Below the pieces are notes generated by a model. The model saw nothing but the letters and a program-made list of their open reading frames with translations, ran no database searches and was not told the origin of the DNA. Positions 1 to 8,787 of a DNA stretch of 63,245 nucleotides are shown one piece after another. A program made the translations under genes and the position numbers. The stretch is from Firmicutes bacterium UBA5449 (GTDB lineage Bacteria > Bacillota > SHA-98 > UBA4971), in NCBI GenBank assembly GCA_002424305.1, contig DIQZ01000045.1, positions 391 to 63,635 on the forward strand, in the 5' to 3' direction. Position 1 is the first letter of the stretch. Each line of letters begins with the position of its first letter.

Positions 1-214
1 GCCGGAAGACTTTTTTTGTTGTACGCATTTGGCTAGTTCATTTAGCTGGTTTTTAACTGTTCAGCCGTTTGTGTGATGCTCTTTTTTACATCGAACTCAT
101 CAGTGAACATGTGCTTGCAAGTCCCTGGAATCTGGTGCTTCACCGAGAATCGAATGCTTTTCGGGATAGGCTTTGAAACTACGAGGATTAGCAAGACCAA
201 CTGAGACCAAATGC

Positions 215-1096
215 TTACTTACGACGTGCAATAGCCTGCAAAAACTCATGTTCCCTGTCGATGTTCCATCCGGTGCCTACATAAGTTATTATGTCCCCTT
301 TGGCTAGGACAAGTGTGGGCGTATCTGTAAGGTGATACTTGGCATAAGTCGAGGAGTCTTCATCGCATAGCACCGTAAAGGGGATAGGCATGCGCCTGAG
401 TTCGCTTGTTGTGAGTTTCTTCGGTCCAAGAGAGACAACTATTACTTCAGTATCTTGCAAAAGATGAGCATTATTGCCTAGAAATCTTAATGCTTCTCTA
501 CAGGGTTCACAGTTCATTATAGTAAACACGTATAGTAGGTGCGGCCGGATGTTCTTCGTTTTTCTGTAATCTGACAGACTCCATGTTTTCCCTGATACTG
601 AAGGCAGCGTTATGTCCGGGGCATAGTCTCCTACCTTAAGTACTCTAGCCGGATATGACTCAGGAATCTTTCTGCCCTGGGCAAAGGAAGAAACAACTTC
701 AGCAAGACGCTCATTGTGACCGGGGCTGTACTTTCCATGTTTATATACAATCTGATCTTCATCAGTCAAAATGATTGTAGGTACTTCCAGTACGCCAAAG
801 TCATCAAGAAGCCTGCCTTGTTTGTCATAGAATACTTCGGCCACAGCGTTCTTGGCTTTCAGAGACGCTTCAAGCTTTGTCGGGTTGTCAGTTGTGACAA
901 TTATCCACTTGATAGAGGTCATATACTCATGCGACATGAGCGCAATAACTTCAAGAAACTGCTCCGACGCATCACCTTGAAAATCAAAGAAGCAAATCAC
1001 TGCCTTGGGTGCATTGATTAGCGCATAAGCCCTATCTGCCGGCATTTGTGCAAGAGAATGGCAAGACTCAGGGGTACATGTTAGAATAACAGCCAT
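215..1096 (-). CDS. Redoxin (TlpA/AhpC-TSA-like) protein with two thioredoxin-like folds
   Basis: C-terminal domain: APDITLPSVSGKTWSLSDY, CEPC (CxxC), YHLTDTPTLVL. The N-terminal fold (FYDKQGRLLDDFGVLEVPTIILTD) lacks a CxxC. The true start may lie upstream (see findings). Confidence 0.75.
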   Translation of the reverse strand: MAVILTCTPESCHSLAQMPADRAYALINAPKAVICFFDFQGDASEQFLEVIALMSHEYMTSIKWIIVTTDNPTKLEASLKAKNAVAEVFYDKQGRLLDDFGVLEVPTIILTDEDQIVYKHGKYSPGHNERLAEVVSSFAQGRKIPESYPARVLKVGDYAPDITLPSVSGKTWSLSDYRKTKNIRPHLLYVFTIMNCEPCREALRFLGNNAHLLQDTEVIVVSLGPKKLTTSELRRMPIPFTVLCDEDSSTYAKYHLTDTPTLVLAKGDIITYVGTGWNIDREHEFLQAIARRK

Positions 1097-1278
1097 TGTT
1101 GCTACAAGTGTCAGGATTATTAATAAGGTCGGGTATTTAGCGGTGTAGATAGTTATTTTTGATCACCCCCATATTATCTCTCCCGTATTCTTTGTCTCAG
1201 GTGTTTCTTCTTTCTTTGACATGGCTTACGGCAGACTAAGATAGGCGCGAGCGTTCAACATGAACGTCCGACACGATT

Positions 1279-2499
1279 CTATAACATTTGCCACAGCATC
1301 CCGAGTAGATATCCGCCGAGAAGTAAGAACAATAACCCGGTAAGGAGTTTTACCGTTACCATACTTTTTGCTGCAAGTCTTGCTAAAGCCTGGGAGCCCA
1401 TCCCGAAGTAGGCAGCCAGGAAAACTCCTACAGCCGGCACCATGAAAGCCAGGTTGTAGGCAATAAGGTAAAGTATTGCCCTGGGATTGCCGGGATAGAT
1501 AGAGTGAACGTAGACAATCGTGGGTAGATATACCTGGCCTGTGCAGAGAAATTCCATTGCAGACACTAAGAAACCTGTTGTTATCGCCCCAACCAATAGG
1601 GATCTTGGGTTGGCATGTTTCCTAATTGTTGCCCGGACGGACTTTGAAATTCGCTTAGGGAGACCGAGCAGAAATTCGATCTTATCAGGATGGATCGCCG
1701 CTCCCAAAGCATCTACAAGGCTTAACACACCTAGAACTACAGCCAGAAGGCCAACTACACCGCTCAATAATGGCATAATCCATGATATTACTTGAATGCG
1801 CTTAACTACGGAAAGAATCCCTGTTCCGATCGTAAGATACGTCATGAACATTGCTCCACAGAAACCTAATCCTGTGTAGAGCAAGTGTTTTCTACTGCTA
1901 CCTGACATGAGAAGGTATGATACGAGAAAGGTGAGTCCGGCAAAGGCGCATGGATTGATACCATCGATAAATCCGGCACCCAGTACAATGCCTAAGTTGA
2001 ATGAGGCAAACCGTTGCGTGATAGACTCTTTGTCCCCTGACAAAGAGTCCGGAGGTTCTTCATATGAAGCTTCCAGTAGCCAGCCTTCATCTACTGCAAC
2101 CTCCAGCTCCCTTACACCGATGAACCAGGACTGCCCTACGAAGACGGCAGGCACAGCACCTCGTCTCGCCAAGGGGACCTGGTATATGGCGTCAAATCCT
2201 TCGCGCATCTTCATAACGCCGGGTTCAAACATGTTGTGGGGGTGTGTTTCCAGGTGAGGTCGGTTTTCTTCTAACTTGTTTAGAACCTTCTCTGCAAGCC
2301 GGCATTCACCGCAACCGGGTGAATAGAAATAGTGGATTGTCCCTATTGCTTCAGCCCTGACAACGTTTGAGGCGGCTTGCGCCACGCTACATTGCATGCA
2401 TGGATCGATAAGGAGTATTAAGGTAATAACCGGGATAATGGCAACAGCCAAACAAGAGAAAAACCTTGGTTGAGGGTGCATGTCAGTGTGTTGACCCAC
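1279..2499 (-). CDS. CcdA/DsbD-type cytochrome c biogenesis / thiol-disulfide transporter with N-terminal thioredoxin-like domain
   Basis: GTG start with GGAGG RBS; signal/TM segment; FYSPGCGEC CxxC domain; multi-TM region carrying the two membrane cysteines GINPCAF and EFLCTGQVY. Confidence 0.8.
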   Translation of the reverse strand: MGQHTDMHPQPRFFSCLAVAIIPVITLILLIDPCMQCSVAQAASNVVRAEAIGTIHYFYSPGCGECRLAEKVLNKLEENRPHLETHPHNMFEPGVMKMREGFDAIYQVPLARRGAVPAVFVGQSWFIGVRELEVAVDEGWLLEASYEEPPDSLSGDKESITQRFASFNLGIVLGAGFIDGINPCAFAGLTFLVSYLLMSGSSRKHLLYTGLGFCGAMFMTYLTIGTGILSVVKRIQVISWIMPLLSGVVGLLAVVLGVLSLVDALGAAIHPDKIEFLLGLPKRISKSVRATIRKHANPRSLLVGAITTGFLVSAMEFLCTGQVYLPTIVYVHSIYPGNPRAILYLIAYNLAFMVPAVGVFLAAYFGMGSQALARLAAKSMVTVKLLTGLLFLLLGGYLLGMLWQML

Positions 2500-2762
2500 A
2501 TCTCCAGTCCTCCGCCTAACGTTTCCATCGTTTAGAGGTAAGATACAAATCCCTGCCTGAACGCTACCTATATATACGACACCGGGCGCCTAAGTCCTAC
2601 CGGCATGACACCTGCTTTCTGCGGTGCAGTTTGGGATTTAATTGTGTATGTATGGCGCCGGAAGTCCAAGAATATAAAGGATTTTTGAGTCAGCCATATA
2701 ATAAGCTTGTTGAGGCAATATGGTGTTTTCTTTCGAAATACGATGAAACAGGGTAGACAGGT

Positions 2763-3752
2763 GTGTCTTGTCAGATAAATTCTGTTAATACAAAGGATGC
2801 TGATGGTTTGATTCTGACAATCGGAGGCATTACAGCAGACATCATGGTTTTCCCGGAAACCAAGCCAAAGCCGGGGACTGATGTTCCGGCAACTATTCAA
2901 GTACACCCCGGCGGAGTGGCTTCCAACTTCGCGTTCTGGTGTTCACTCCTTGGTCAAGATGTCGGCCTTATTGGCGCAGTGGGTCAGGATGCTCTTGCGG
3001 ATATAGCACTTTCAGGGCTCAGTGAGGCAGGTGTTAATGTTTTCGTAAAATCCCACCGGAGCTTAAGGACTGCATGTGTTGTCAACCTTGTAGGTGCATC
3101 AGGTGAGAAGACCTTTATCACCCAGCGTGGAGCTGACGAGGCAATTCCTCACGAGATTATCACAGATGAACTGATTGCCAAGGCTAAATGGTTACACATA
3201 GGCGGTTATGTTCTCTACAGTGATGTTTCGCGTCCCGCAGCAGAGAAAGCCATGCGACTGGCACTTGCTAACGAAGTTCCGATGTCTATCGATCCGTGTT
3301 CTTGGTATCCTCTTCGTGAGTATGGCATATCACGTTTCTTGAGTACAGCCGCACACTCGACCCTTCTTATTCCCAACTATGATGAAGGGGTGACTCTTGT
3401 GGGAAAGAAGTCTCCTGAGAAGATGGCGTCTGAGCTTTTAAATTATGCTCCGTATGTTGTGGTGAAATTGGGGCGCGACGGTTGCGTTATTGCAGCGGAA
3501 GGCTGTGTCAAGGTTTGTTCCACCGAAGCTGTGGACGATCCGGTTGATACTACCGGTGCAGGCGACTCCTTTAACGCAGCGTTTGTCAGCGAGTTCTTAC
3601 GTTCAGGAGATATGTGGTCTGCAGCATGCTTCGCCAATTCCCTGGCCGGTAGGGTTGTGACTACGGTAGGAGCAAGGCCTGATGTCAGCACTGCTCGTGC
3701 TTGGATTGGATGTCTGGAACAAGAGAGAAGAAAGAGGGAATGTTCCACATGA
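2763..3752 (+). CDS. PfkB-family carbohydrate kinase, probable pseudouridine kinase
   Basis: PfkB signatures GGVASNFA, VGQDALAD, VVVKLGRDG, DTTGAGDSFNAAF; ATGA overlap with psuG. Substrate inferred from context only. Confidence 0.85.
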   Translation: MSCQINSVNTKDADGLILTIGGITADIMVFPETKPKPGTDVPATIQVHPGGVASNFAFWCSLLGQDVGLIGAVGQDALADIALSGLSEAGVNVFVKSHRSLRTACVVNLVGASGEKTFITQRGADEAIPHEIITDELIAKAKWLHIGGYVLYSDVSRPAAEKAMRLALANEVPMSIDPCSWYPLREYGISRFLSTAAHSTLLIPNYDEGVTLVGKKSPEKMASELLNYAPYVVVKLGRDGCVIAAEGCVKVCSTEAVDDPVDTTGAGDSFNAAFVSEFLRSGDMWSAACFANSLAGRVVTTVGARPDVSTARAWIGCLEQERRKRECST

Positions 3753-4669
3753 ACGAATACTTGATAGTCAATGACGAAGTAAGAGATGCTGTGAAAAGCG
3801 GGTTGCCTGTGGTTGCGTTTGAGACTTCTATTCTAACCCATGGCCTGCCTCAGCCTCATAATGTGAATTTGTCCAAAGAGGTCCGGGCAATTGCACGGTC
3901 AAAGGGCGTTGTGCCTGCGACTACTGCTGTCATTGACGGTAAGCTGAGGGTGGGATTAACTGAAGAAGAGATAGAGTTTCTCGGAACTGGTCCCGGTGTA
4001 GCCAAGGCAAGTTATCGGGATCTCGGTGTGCTCCTGGCCACCGGGGGTTCCGGAGGCACAACGGTAGCTTCAAGCATAGTTCTGGCGGAGATGGCGGGTA
4101 TCCGCATTTTCGTAACCGGAGGCATTGGAGGCGTGCATCGTGGGGCTGAAACTACCTTCGACATATCAGCTGATTTATTGATGATGTCAAAAGTAGATGT
4201 AGCTACGGTTTGTGCAGGTATGAAGTCTATCTTGGATATAGGATTAACATTGGAAGTCTTGGAGACTTTGGGTATTCCGGTTATCGGATACGATACTCAT
4301 ATTCTACCTGGATTTCATATAAGGCGGACTGCTCACAAGGTGTTATACACCGCTGAAGATCCTGAAGATGTTGTAAGATTCATGGTGTCAAAGTGGGATG
4401 CAGGCATAAAAGGCGGTTTTCTTCTTGCTGTACCTGTACCGGAAGAAGATGAGGTGGATTCCGGCCTGCTCCGGGATGCCATCAACCGGGCAGTTTGTGA
4501 AGCCGGGGAGAAGGGGATCAAGAGCAAAGATGTGACCCCTTATATCTTGTCTCGTCTTGGAGAGTTGACTCGCGGAGCGACGCTCAAGGCTAACCTGTCT
4601 CTTGTGCGGAATAACACTTGCGTAGGATGTGATATAGCAAAGTGCTATAGTCGTTTACGTAAAGAATGA
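3749..4669 (+). CDS. psuG: Pseudouridine-5'-phosphate glycosidase
   Basis: PVVAFETSILTHGLPQP, GGTTVAS, FVTGGIGGVHRGAETTFDISADL, VCAGMKSILD, GIKSKDVTPYIL. Start placed at ATG 3749 (overlapping the upstream TGA) instead of track start 3701. Confidence 0.93.
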   Translation: MNEYLIVNDEVRDAVKSGLPVVAFETSILTHGLPQPHNVNLSKEVRAIARSKGVVPATTAVIDGKLRVGLTEEEIEFLGTGPGVAKASYRDLGVLLATGGSGGTTVASSIVLAEMAGIRIFVTGGIGGVHRGAETTFDISADLLMMSKVDVATVCAGMKSILDIGLTLEVLETLGIPVIGYDTHILPGFHIRRTAHKVLYTAEDPEDVVRFMVSKWDAGIKGGFLLAVPVPEEDEVDSGLLRDAINRAVCEAGEKGIKSKDVTPYILSRLGELTRGATLKANLSLVRNNTCVGCDIAKCYSRLRKE

Positions 4670-4726
4670 ATGTGATGGCCACTCATGAGTGAACCAGCTG
4701 AGAGCTGAAAATAGAACTCCATTAAC

Positions 4727-4755
4727 TTATGATTACCAACGTATGATAATATAAT
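4727..4755 (+). promoter_or_regulatory. Possible sigmaA promoter for the sensor-kinase operon
   Basis: TTATGA (4727-4732) -17 bp- TATAAT (4750-4755); the -35 is weak. Confidence 0.4.
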
Positions 4756-4825
4756 ACATAAGGACTAGCACTTTTATACTGAAAGCAATCCGGATACGCC
4801 TGGGAGAATCTGTGTATAGGGGGCG

Positions 4826-7129
4826 TTGACCATAAGCGTTGTTACTACGATTAAGGGTAAGTGCAGGGAATGCTATGCATGTGTCCGGAATTGTCCTGTA
4901 AAGGCCATTAAAGTAGAAGACGGCCAGGCAACTGTAATCGAAGAACTGTGCATATCTTGTGGTTATTGCGTAAGGGTCTGCGCTCAACATGCAAAGCACA
5001 TCAGGGAAGATTTGGTTTCAGTTAAGAATGCGCTAAAAACAGGAAGAGCTTGCGCTTTGCTGGCTCCTGCTTTTGCAGTGGAATTTCACGGGGAATTGAA
5101 ACCGGGTCAGGTTGTGGCAGCGCTAAAAGAAATCGGATTTGCCGGCGTGTATGAGGTAGCGTGGGGAGCGGAACGTGTAACCCAGGAGTACATGAGGATT
5201 ATAGAAGGCGAGCACCCGCGCGGTATTATTTCTACGCCTTGTCCGGCCATAGTTAACCTAGTGGAAGTTAAGTATCCTCAACTCATTCCAAGACTTGTTC
5301 CGGTAGTCTCACCTATGGTAGCCGCAGGAAGAATGATAAAGAAGGAACACGTAGGGGCCTATACCGTATTTATCGGACCCTGTGTCGCCAAGAAGAGCGA
5401 GATGTTTGACTACTCAGTTGCTGACGCCATAGATGCGGTCCTTACATTTGTCGAATTGAGGACATTACTGGAGGATGCGCCTACCGGATGGGCAGATTTG
5501 CCTGACATGTCCTTCGACAGAGAAGAAGCATACCTAGGCCGGCTTTATCCGGTATCAGGCGGGCTACTTAGAAGCGCAGCGCTTTCTGCGGATATAGCTG
5601 ATAATGAAATCCTCGTTATGGAAGGTAAGGATAATTGCATCGATTTTCTTGAGGCGTTAAGTCTGGACGAAGACTGTCCGGAGTTTGTTGATATGCTGTT
5701 TTGTGAAGGATGCATAAATGGTCCCATGATGACGACAGAGCTTGACAGCTATGCGCGACGAGTAGTTGCTGTAAATTTTGCCAAGCAATCAGCACATGCC
5801 GGTTCAAGCATAACTCTAATGAAGCCGCAATTTCCTCAAATCGAGGGTACCCGTGGATTTTCACCTAGAAGTATAGACATGCCTGTTCCTGCAGAGGAGG
5901 ATATACAGCGCATACTCCTTGAGCTTAACAAGACCAAACGGGAAGATGAGTTAAACTGCGGTGCATGTGGATATAACACATGCCGAGAGAAAGCTACAGC
6001 AGTATTCCAGGGACTTGCTGAAAACAAAATGTGTCTACCATATTTAGTAATGCAGCTTGAGGTGCACAACATGGATCTGGCAGAGCTTAAAGCATATCAT
6101 GAAGACATAATTGACAGTATTATTGAAGGTATTGTAGTTGTGGACTGTAACATGACGATAACCAGTCTGAACAAATCAGCAGACCGATATTCCACCTCAC
6201 AATCCATTGGCAGAAACATGTTTCAAGCGTTCCCGGAACTGGATATTCCAAGGTGTAGGCATGGTCTTGAGAGAGCCATATCACTGGGTGAGTCAACAGA
6301 TTTAGGAGAGATGGTTTTTCAGCTTGGCGCAGACAAGATTACCTTACACCTTAAGATCAGCCCTCTTAAGAACTATGATGGAGAAGTATACGGAGCAGTC
6401 CTCCTAAGTCAAGATATCACTGAGAAGCGCAGGCTTGAAAACCAGCTCATCCAGTCTGACAGACTAGCTGCTCTAGGGCAACTGGCAGCAGGGGTTGCTC
6501 ATGAGATCAATACACCACTGACTCTCATTCTCGGATATACGGATATTCTCAAGAAGTCTGTGAGGTCGGACAACCTTGAGAGTTCATACCTTAAGACAAT
6601 AATTGAAGAATCAGAGAGGATTTCTGATATTGTCCGTAGCCTTCTGAATTTTGCAAGGCCGACTAACATGTCTGCAGGTAGATGTAAGGTGAATGAGGCC
6701 TGCAGAAGAACCCTTAGGATATTCGGAGGACAAATGAGTCGAAGGGGAATCAAGGTTACTTCGGATCTTGACGAGAGTCAGCCGGAGGCTGCCATTGATA
6801 TCGGAGAATTACAGCAAGTTATCCTTAACATGATCCTCAATGCTATGCAAGCTATGCCTGATGGGGGGCATCTGGGCATAAAGACAGGTACATCCGGTGA
6901 TGTGGTGAAGATTACCATAACAGACACAGGTACCGGAATCGCGCCGGAGAATATGAGAAAGATCTTCAATCCGTTTTTTACTACTAAGGATGTAGGCAAG
7001 GGAACAGGTCTTGGACTTTCAGTAAGTTTTGATATTATAGAAAAGCACGGTGGAACCGTCAAGGTCGAAAGCCAACTTGGCAAGGGTACAGCTTTCATGA
7101 TTATTCTTCCTAAGAATGGAGTGCGGTAG
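4826..7129 (+). CDS. Sensory-type (group C-like) [FeFe]-hydrogenase domain fused to FeS, PAS and histidine kinase domains
   Basis: 2x[4Fe-4S] (CRECYACVRNCP, CISCGYCVRVC); altered H-cluster motifs STPCPAI / IGPCVAKKSE / DMLFCEGCINGP; FeS motif CGACGYNTC...MC; PAS-like segment (EGIVVVDCNMTITSLNKSA); H-box HEINTPL; HATPase N, G1, F and G2 boxes (ILNAMQAM, DTGTGI, FFTTK, GTGLGL). Confidence 0.88.
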   Translation: MTISVVTTIKGKCRECYACVRNCPVKAIKVEDGQATVIEELCISCGYCVRVCAQHAKHIREDLVSVKNALKTGRACALLAPAFAVEFHGELKPGQVVAALKEIGFAGVYEVAWGAERVTQEYMRIIEGEHPRGIISTPCPAIVNLVEVKYPQLIPRLVPVVSPMVAAGRMIKKEHVGAYTVFIGPCVAKKSEMFDYSVADAIDAVLTFVELRTLLEDAPTGWADLPDMSFDREEAYLGRLYPVSGGLLRSAALSADIADNEILVMEGKDNCIDFLEALSLDEDCPEFVDMLFCEGCINGPMMTTELDSYARRVVAVNFAKQSAHAGSSITLMKPQFPQIEGTRGFSPRSIDMPVPAEEDIQRILLELNKTKREDELNCGACGYNTCREKATAVFQGLAENKMCLPYLVMQLEVHNMDLAELKAYHEDIIDSIIEGIVVVDCNMTITSLNKSADRYSTSQSIGRNMFQAFPELDIPRCRHGLERAISLGESTDLGEMVFQLGADKITLHLKISPLKNYDGEVYGAVLLSQDITEKRRLENQLIQSDRLAALGQLAAGVAHEINTPLTLILGYTDILKKSVRSDNLESSYLKTIIEESERISDIVRSLLNFARPTNMSAGRCKVNEACRRTLRIFGGQMSRRGIKVTSDLDESQPEAAIDIGELQQVILNMILNAMQAMPDGGHLGIKTGTSGDVVKITITDTGTGIAPENMRKIFNPFFTTKDVGKGTGLGLSVSFDIIEKHGGTVKVESQLGKGTAFMIILPKNGVR

Positions 7130-7130
7130 T

Positions 7131-8516
7131 ATGGGGGCAATCACCGGTAAGGTGCTTGTCATTGATGATGAAGAGAAAATGTGCGAATTTCTCTCTCTGG
7201 TGCTCTCTCAGGACGGACATAAAGTCTTTACTGCCACAAATGGGGAGCAAGCTTTGGATACTATGCGGTCCAAGGCAAACCTTGACGTTATTGTCACTGA
7301 CCTCATGATGCCTAAAATCAGTGGTATGGACGTTTTAGAAGAGGCAAAACGCTTGCTCCCGGATACCCCGGTGATCATGATTACCGGGTACTCTACAGTG
7401 GAAAGTGCTGTAGACGCCATGAAAGCAGGGGCGTTCGATTATTTACCAAAGCCATTCAAGGTCGATGAGGTGAAACTTGTAGTCAACAAGGCGCTGGACA
7501 GGCGAGCCATTACTCTGGAAAATAAAAGGCTTAGGCGAGAACTCCAGGCAATTCGTGAGCGGTCAGGTGAGATTATCGGCACATCCGAGAATATGCAAGA
7601 AGTTTTCCGGCTCGTTGAGAAAATCGCGAGGACTGATGCTACAACGCTGATTCGTGGAGAAAGCGGGACCGGCAAAGACCTAATCGCCCGCGAGATCCAC
7701 ATGCAGAGTCTGAGAGCCTCAAAGCCTTTCATAAGCATAAACTGTGCTGCACTACCTGAGACACTCCTCGAGAGTGAGCTTTTCGGTCATGCTCGTGGAG
7801 CTTTTACAGGTGCGGTTACGACTAAGCGGGGTCTATTTGAAGAAGCGGACGGAGGCACCATATTTCTGGATGAAATAGGAGACATCAGTCTTGCGCTTCA
7901 GGCCAAGCTCTTGAGGTTTCTCCAAAACAGAGAGTTTATTCGTGTTGGCGAGACTGTTGTGAGATGCGTGGATGTCCGGGTACTGGTTGCAACGAACAAA
8001 GATTTGGAGGCAGCCATCGAGAAGGGAGCTTTTCGTTCCGACCTTTATTATAGAATGAATGTGATAACTATCTACCTACCCACACTCAGGGAGCGTAAGA
8101 AGGATATACCCCTATTGTCTAGGCACTTTGCCCGAAAATTCGGAGCCAAATGTCTGAAAGGTACGATTGCTTTTTCCAAGGAAGCTATGGATGCTTTAGT
8201 TAATTATGCTTGGCCCGGTAATGTAAGAGAGCTTGAGAACGCAATTGAACGGGCTCTGATACTAATGGAAGGCAACGACCTTGAGCTGCATGATCTTCCG
8301 GATGAGGTAATTGAAGCGTACGAAGTACAGAAGTCCGGGAAATGCGACAATACAGACGGTGAATCATTTTATGAAGCTGTTGATGAGTACAAGCGCGAGC
8401 TGATTTCCAAGGCGCTTGAAAAATCTGAAGGCATCCAAGCCGGAGCTGCCCGGATTCTCGGTATTAAACGAACTACACTGAATGAAATGATGAAACGTTT
8501 AGGGATGCTGGGATAG
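7131..8516 (+). CDS. NtrC/AtoC-family sigma54-dependent response regulator (receiver-AAA+-Fis HTH)
   Basis: VLVIDDEE, phosphoacceptor VTDLMMP, YLPKPF, Walker A GESGTGKD, intact GAFTGA loop, FLDEIGD, WPGNVRELEN, C-terminal HTH AARILGIKRTTLNEMMKRL. Start ATG 7131, 1 nt after the kinase stop. Confidence 0.95.
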   Translation: MGAITGKVLVIDDEEKMCEFLSLVLSQDGHKVFTATNGEQALDTMRSKANLDVIVTDLMMPKISGMDVLEEAKRLLPDTPVIMITGYSTVESAVDAMKAGAFDYLPKPFKVDEVKLVVNKALDRRAITLENKRLRRELQAIRERSGEIIGTSENMQEVFRLVEKIARTDATTLIRGESGTGKDLIAREIHMQSLRASKPFISINCAALPETLLESELFGHARGAFTGAVTTKRGLFEEADGGTIFLDEIGDISLALQAKLLRFLQNREFIRVGETVVRCVDVRVLVATNKDLEAAIEKGAFRSDLYYRMNVITIYLPTLRERKKDIPLLSRHFARKFGAKCLKGTIAFSKEAMDALVNYAWPGNVRELENAIERALILMEGNDLELHDLPDEVIEAYEVQKSGKCDNTDGESFYEAVDEYKRELISKALEKSEGIQAGAARILGIKRTTLNEMMKRLGMLG

Positions 8517-8524
8517 GATCAAAA

Positions 8525-8561
8525 CGCCAATAAATTGGACGTAGTGTCCAACTTATTGGAT
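8525..8561 (+). promoter_or_regulatory. Tandem palindromic enhancer (UAS) sites, probably for the adjacent sigma54 activator
   Basis: CCAA-TAAA-TTGG (8527-8538) and CCAA-CTTA-TTGG (8548-8559), 21 bp apart, about 140-165 bp upstream of the predicted transcription start. Confidence 0.6.
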
Positions 8562-8668
8562 CCAATATCCGTCTTGTATTACCGGTGTGATGAGAGTAAA
8601 ATACATAAAAGACCTGCGTAAGGTATGGTTAAAGAGTTCTTCGGAACTCTTGTATTTTTGCTGGAAAC

Positions 8669-8685
8669 CTGGCACGGGACTTGCA
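8669..8685 (+). promoter_or_regulatory. Sigma54 (RpoN) -24/-12 promoter of the hydrogenase operon
   Basis: CTGGCACGGGACTTGCA matches TGGCAC-N5-TTGCA; GG (8671-8672) and GC (8683-8684) are separated by exactly 10 nt. Confidence 0.88.
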
Positions 8686-8787
8686 CCTAATAATGAGTGG
8701 AGCCGGTATTGGGCAGTTGCGAGCGTTAATGACTGTCCATTTCTAATGACCGGGATTGTGAAATTAGGCACAAAGGGGGGGAGTAAC

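Noticed and set aside
2570-2625. Purine or c-di-GMP riboswitch (AGTCCTACC, GAAA loop)
   Set aside because: The purine L2/L3 loops (GATATGG/CCGTAAA) and the GEMM GGCAAA...GCAAA elements are absent.
4720-4760. Rex operator upstream of the sensor kinase
   Set aside because: No TTGTGAA-N4-TTCACAA-like palindrome.
8587-8787. 5' extension of the 133-aa track ORF 8587..8988
   Set aside because: It runs through the sigma54 promoter, lacks a good RBS and would start upstream of the predicted transcript; only the GTG-8788 portion is retained.
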